Shown here in pieces: positions 57,627 through 64,000 of a stretch of DNA of 64,000 bases. The notes beneath the pieces were generated by a model that saw only the letters and a list, made by a program, of their open reading frames with translations, was not told the DNA's origin and did not search any database. Origin of the DNA: Planctomycetota bacterium (GTDB lineage: Bacteria > Planctomycetota > UBA1135 > UBA2386); contig OZ245838.1 in assembly GCA_965228735.1 (NCBI GenBank), positions 4,512,001 to 4,576,000 of the forward strand, given 5' to 3'. Position 1 is the stretch's first letter. Every line of letters begins with the position of its first letter. A program made the translations under genes and the position numbers.

Positions 57627-58359
57627 CGGAGTCGCAGGCCGAAAGCCGCAGCAGGCTGAGCCGCAGCAGGCTGAGCCGCAGCAGGCTGAGCCGCAGCAGG
57701 CTGGGCCACAGTTGGCTGGTCCACAGCAGGCTGGGCCACAGCGGGCTGGGCCGCGACCTACGTGCGTCAGCCGTACCCCTTCGTACGCGCGAGCCGGACG
57801 GCCGCTACGACCCCGACCTCCGGTCCGCCGACCATTGCGCGAACCCGATCTTTTGACGCGTTGGTCCTGCGCTGCCAGCGGCCCCGAATCGGCGGTAGCG
57901 CATCAAGTCATGAAACCTGTTGGCATGCTTTGGGCCAACGCTGGAGGTACTCCGAGGACCTCTGGAGCAGTTTCGACGACCGCCGACGAGGGCTCGTTGC
58001 GACTCCCCGAATCCCCCTGAACCGGCGACCCCACGCGAGCCTTTCCCCGCGAGTTTTCCCGTCCGGGAACGGCTCACGAACAGCCCCGCGAAACGCCGTC
58101 CGAACGGCTCAGAACCCGGCTTTCTGCGTCGCTAGAACGACCCTCTCCGAGTACGTTCTGCACAGTCGTGACGGCACGGACTACGAGTGAGAGACGAGGA
58201 TTTTTCTTCTATCACTAGCAGCTCCTGACCCCGACCGGAGCCAGACCGATCTTCGGCCACACGACCTGCACCCTCCTGTCCTGCATCCTCCTGGCCAGCA
58301 CCACAGCGACCCGCATCCACAGCCGACCAGCAAACCCAGCTGACGAGCATTCAGGCGCC
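57627..58359. other. Candidate oriC (dnaA-dnaN intergenic region)
   Basis: ~730-bp noncoding gap between dnaA and dnaN. Contains DnaA-box-like TTCTGCACA (58156-58164) and TGGTCCACA, an AT-rich trio-like stretch at 58200-58217, and two repeat arrays. No perfect TTATCCACA seen. Confidence 0.55.
57645..57755. repeat. 15-bp tandem repeat, ~7 units (GCCGCAGCAGGCTGA drifting to GCCACAGCRGGCTGG)
   Basis: Directly visible. First three units identical, later units degenerate. Confidence 0.92.
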
Positions 58360-59466
58360 TTGATGAAGATCCTCTGTGACCGATCCGTTCTGCTCGAAGG
58401 AGTGAACGTCGTCTCGTCCGTGATCCCGGCGAAGACGACCAAACCGATCCTGCAGAACATGATGCTGCGCACGGACGCGGAGTCCGGCGGCGGCATCACG
58501 CTCTTCGCCACCGACCTCGAGATGGCCGCCCGCGTGCACATCGAGTCGGTGAAAGTACAGAAGGAAGGCGCGGCGCTGCTGCCGGGCCGCGAATTGTCGG
58601 CGCTGCTGCGCGAGATCGGTGACGCCACGGTGACGCTCGCGAGCAGCGAGCAACGCTGCAAGATCGACAGCAACGGTGGTTCGTTCGTGCTGCTCGGCGA
58701 GGACGTGACGCAGTATCCGGAGGAGTTCGAGCTCAAGTCCGGCAAGAAGGTCGAGATCGCCTGCGGCAGCATGCTCAGGATGATCCAGGAGACCGTGTTC
58801 GCCGCCGCGAGGGAAGAGACCCGCTACGCGATCAACGGCGTCCTGGTCGATTGTGGCGGCTCCTGCATGCGTCTCGTGGCGACGGATGGCCGCCGGCTCT
58901 CGATCAGCTACGAGAACATCGAAACGACCGAGGACTTCAAGGTCGTCGTGCCGCTGCGGGCGCTGCACACGCTGGCCAAGGCGTTGCCCGAGGGTGACGA
59001 CACGCCGCTCGTGATCGAGGTCGGTGACAAGCAGATCTCGTTCACGAACGGACGGATCCAGCTCGTGAGTCAGCTGCTCGAGACCCGGTTCCCCGACTAC
59101 GAGGGCGTCGTGCCCAAGTCCGCCGAGACGACCGTCGAGATCGATCGGGTCGCGCTCGAGGGCGCGCTGCGGCGCGCGGCGATCCTCGCGGCCAGCGAGA
59201 TGCGCATGGTCCGCTTCGAGGTCAACGACAACAGCCTGCTCCTCACGGCCGAGAGCTCGGCTCGCGGCCGCGCCGACGTCACGCTCGAAGCGGTTGTCAA
59301 GGGCGCTGGTGGCAGCATCAACTTCAATCCGGACTACATCCTCGAGGGTCTGCGCGTCTGCGACCTCGAGCAGGTCCGGCTCGACATGTCGGACGACTCG
59401 ATGCCGGCGAAGTTCACGCTCGGCGAGTCGTTCACCTATGTCGTGATGCCGATCAGTGGAACCTAA
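58360..59466 (+). CDS. dnaN: DNA polymerase III beta sliding clamp
   Basis: KTTKPILQN, ATDLE, ETVFAA..EETRYAINGV, VATDGRRL, RFPDYEGVVP, NFNPDYI, YVVMPI. Start TTG 58360 or ATG 58363. Confidence 0.95.
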   Translation: MMKILCDRSVLLEGVNVVSSVIPAKTTKPILQNMMLRTDAESGGGITLFATDLEMAARVHIESVKVQKEGAALLPGRELSALLREIGDATVTLASSEQRCKIDSNGGSFVLLGEDVTQYPEEFELKSGKKVEIACGSMLRMIQETVFAAAREETRYAINGVLVDCGGSCMRLVATDGRRLSISYENIETTEDFKVVVPLRALHTLAKALPEGDDTPLVIEVGDKQISFTNGRIQLVSQLLETRFPDYEGVVPKSAETTVEIDRVALEGALRRAAILAASEMRMVRFEVNDNSLLLTAESSARGRADVTLEAVVKGAGGSINFNPDYILEGLRVCDLEQVRLDMSDDSMPAKFTLGESFTYVVMPISGT

Positions 59467-59475
59467 TCTCCGAGC

Positions 59476-62248
<2,773 letters not shown>

Positions 62249-62318
62249 TGCTCCCAGGATTGGGGCGGGTTGGCGACGGTCCGCGGCCCCGTTCGGCTAC
62301 CTTCTGCGCGAGGTCGGT

Positions 62319-63854
62319 ATGCACCGGATGCGCTATCTCGTCGGAATCTTGACCCTCGCGGCCGCGATCGCGGCCGCGATCTGGATCGTGCGGCTGCTGC
62401 AGCAGCTCGACGATCGGCCCGGCGTCATGGTGCAGATCGAGTTTCGGGATGCGCGCGGCCTGCGGGCCGGCGCCGACGTGCGCTTTCGCGGTGTGCGGGC
62501 TGGCACGGTGCGATCGGTCCGCGTCGGCGATCACGGGAGCCGAGCCGTCGTGCGGGCGTTGCTCGATCCGGCCGCGGCGGCGCACGCCCGCGTCAACACC
62601 ACGTTCTGGATCGTCACGCCGCGCTTCGCCGGGATCACGGACGGCGCGACGGGGCTCGACACGCTCGTGCGCGACGCCTACCTCGCGTTCCACACCCCGG
62701 ACGAGCCGGGTTCGCGGCTCGCGGAGGGCAGCCTGGTGCCGGGCAGCGAACGGCCGCCTGCCGCGACCGCGAGTCGGAAGCTCGACGACGTCGCGCCGGG
62801 CGATCTGATGATGCACGTGCTGTTGCCGGAGAACCACGGCCTGCGCGCCGGCTCGCCGGTCACGTTCCGCGGCATCGCGACCGGTGAGGTCCGGGCCGTC
62901 GACCTCGCGCCCGAGGGCACGCATGTCACGGCGTCGGTCCGCGTCCTGCGGCGGTACCGCCAGACGGTGACGGACGCGACCGTGTTCTGGGTCGCGCGGC
63001 CGCAGTTGTCGGGCGCGTTGTTCACCGGCTTCCGCGTCGACGACGTCAGTGCGTTGCTGTCGCCGTACCTGAGCTACTACGGCGAGAGTGGCGTCGGGCT
63101 GCCGGTCGAGGACCACTATCGCACCGTGGCGCAGGCCGAACGCCCGAGTCTCGATGTCGCCGACGTGCCGCCCGCGGCGCTAGCGCGTGATCCGGAGGCC
63201 GAGACCGCGACGCCGGACGGCATCGCGCTCGTGCGCATCGTCTACGCGGCGACCGAGCTCGACACGTTCTCCGCCAACGACCCGATCCGCGTCGAGGGTT
63301 CGGGCGTGCTCTATCTCGACCGCAGCGGTCGGCCCGTCGTCGTGACCGCGCGCAGCCTCGTCGATGGCACCTACGTCGAACGCGATGCGTTCGGCGGCGA
63401 TCCGGAGGTCGTCGACGAGCAGATCAAGGTCATGCTCGAGAGCGGTGCCGTCGTGCACGCGGGGCGCGTGTGGGTCGAGCCGGGCGGCGCCGATCTCGCG
63501 GCGCTCGTGCTGACCGATCCGCCGCCCGAGTTGCGCGGCACGGCGACCGAACTGCTGAACTTCGGGGCCGACGGTGCCCGCCCGGACGGTGTCGACCCGG
63601 CTGCCGTCGATTCGGGCACCGTCAGCGCGGCCGGGCCGCTCTACCTGCGGCGGGCCGGGGCGGACGGCACCGCGCTCACGCGCGAGGACTTCGATCGCGG
63701 CAACCCGCAGCCGATCGGCGAGCATCTCGGTGCCGCGGTGCTCGCCGACACGCGCGTGGTCGGGGTCTACGCGCGCACCCTCGATGCGCCGGACGTGCCG
63801 CTCCTCGTCGCGCTGCGATTGCTCCCCGAGGACCTCCGGCCGCGGCCGGAGTGA
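62319..63854 (+). CDS. MCE/MlaD (PqiB/YebT-like) protein with two MCE domains and a C-terminal trypsin-like region
   Basis: N-terminal TM. Two MCE repeats (ARGLRAGADVRFRGVRAGTV...FWIVTP and HGLRAGSPVTFRGIATGEV...FWVARP). Confidence 0.85.
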   Translation: MHRMRYLVGILTLAAAIAAAIWIVRLLQQLDDRPGVMVQIEFRDARGLRAGADVRFRGVRAGTVRSVRVGDHGSRAVVRALLDPAAAAHARVNTTFWIVTPRFAGITDGATGLDTLVRDAYLAFHTPDEPGSRLAEGSLVPGSERPPAATASRKLDDVAPGDLMMHVLLPENHGLRAGSPVTFRGIATGEVRAVDLAPEGTHVTASVRVLRRYRQTVTDATVFWVARPQLSGALFTGFRVDDVSALLSPYLSYYGESGVGLPVEDHYRTVAQAERPSLDVADVPPAALARDPEAETATPDGIALVRIVYAATELDTFSANDPIRVEGSGVLYLDRSGRPVVVTARSLVDGTYVERDAFGGDPEVVDEQIKVMLESGAVVHAGRVWVEPGGADLAALVLTDPPPELRGTATELLNFGADGARPDGVDPAAVDSGTVSAAGPLYLRRAGADGTALTREDFDRGNPQPIGEHLGAAVLADTRVVGVYARTLDAPDVPLLVALRLLPEDLRPRPE

Positions 63855-63867
63855 GCGAGAGGACCGC

Positions 63868-64000
63868 GTGACGATCGGTTCTCCCGCGATCCGACTCCGC
63901 GACTTCGGCATCGCGCAGTTCCAGAGCAACGGCACCGTCCAGGAGCTGTTCGCCGGCGCGACGTTCGACCTCGCGGAACGCGGGTTCTACCTGTTCGTCG
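63868..64000 (+). CDS. Probable ABC transporter ATP-binding protein, N-terminal fragment
   Basis: GAGAGG RBS. VTIGSPAIRLRDF...ELFAGATFDLAERGFYLFV(G) resembles the strand preceding an ABC Walker A. Follows an MCE gene. Truncated by the window edge. Confidence 0.5.
   Translation, partial: MTIGSPAIRLRDFGIAQFQSNGTVQELFAGATFDLAERGFYLFV

Noticed and set aside
57645..57755. Possible CRISPR array
   Set aside because: Units are contiguous 15-mers with no unique spacers, and there are no cas genes in the window.

Overview
This is a high-GC bacterial chromosome segment that spans the replication-origin region. The gene families and the secreted repeat proteins suggest Planctomycetota, but that is inference and is not confirmed. 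In order from the start: an APH/choline-kinase-like ORF that runs off the left edge, a gluzincin peptidase, a long acidic protein with a possible N-terminal HTH and a C-terminal membrane anchor, a secreted PIG-L deacetylase with a metallophosphoesterase, and parA-parB with a near-consensus parS inside parB. Then come a membrane-anchored divergent cyclophilin, an HNH nuclease, hemW, a sigma70-family factor, and a carbamoyltransferase-SxtJ-DUF5989 module beside two SGNH hydrolases. A complete alternative complex III (actABCDEF) + SCO + caa3 oxidase operon follows, then an SNF2 helicase + SWIM protein, nhaD, a perfect 38-bp inverted repeat and pntA1/A2/B. Next is a pyrF-bshC-bshB1-(orphan ParA)-(pseudo-histidine kinase)-bshA-cysteine desulfurase cluster. 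The window ends with dnaA-(repeat-rich candidate oriC)-dnaN-dciA-gyrB, an MCE protein and the start of a probable ABC ATPase. No rRNA, tRNA, CRISPR array or transposase was found. The best leads for something undescribed are: (i) the bacillithiol cluster containing a second ParA and a ChpT-like pseudokinase next to dnaA, (ii) the candidate DNA-to-membrane tether near parABS, (iii) the SxtIJK-like carbamoylation module, (iv) several apparent pseudoenzymes, and (v) the unusual repeat structure between dnaA and dnaN. All assignments come from reading motifs by eye; no database searches were run.
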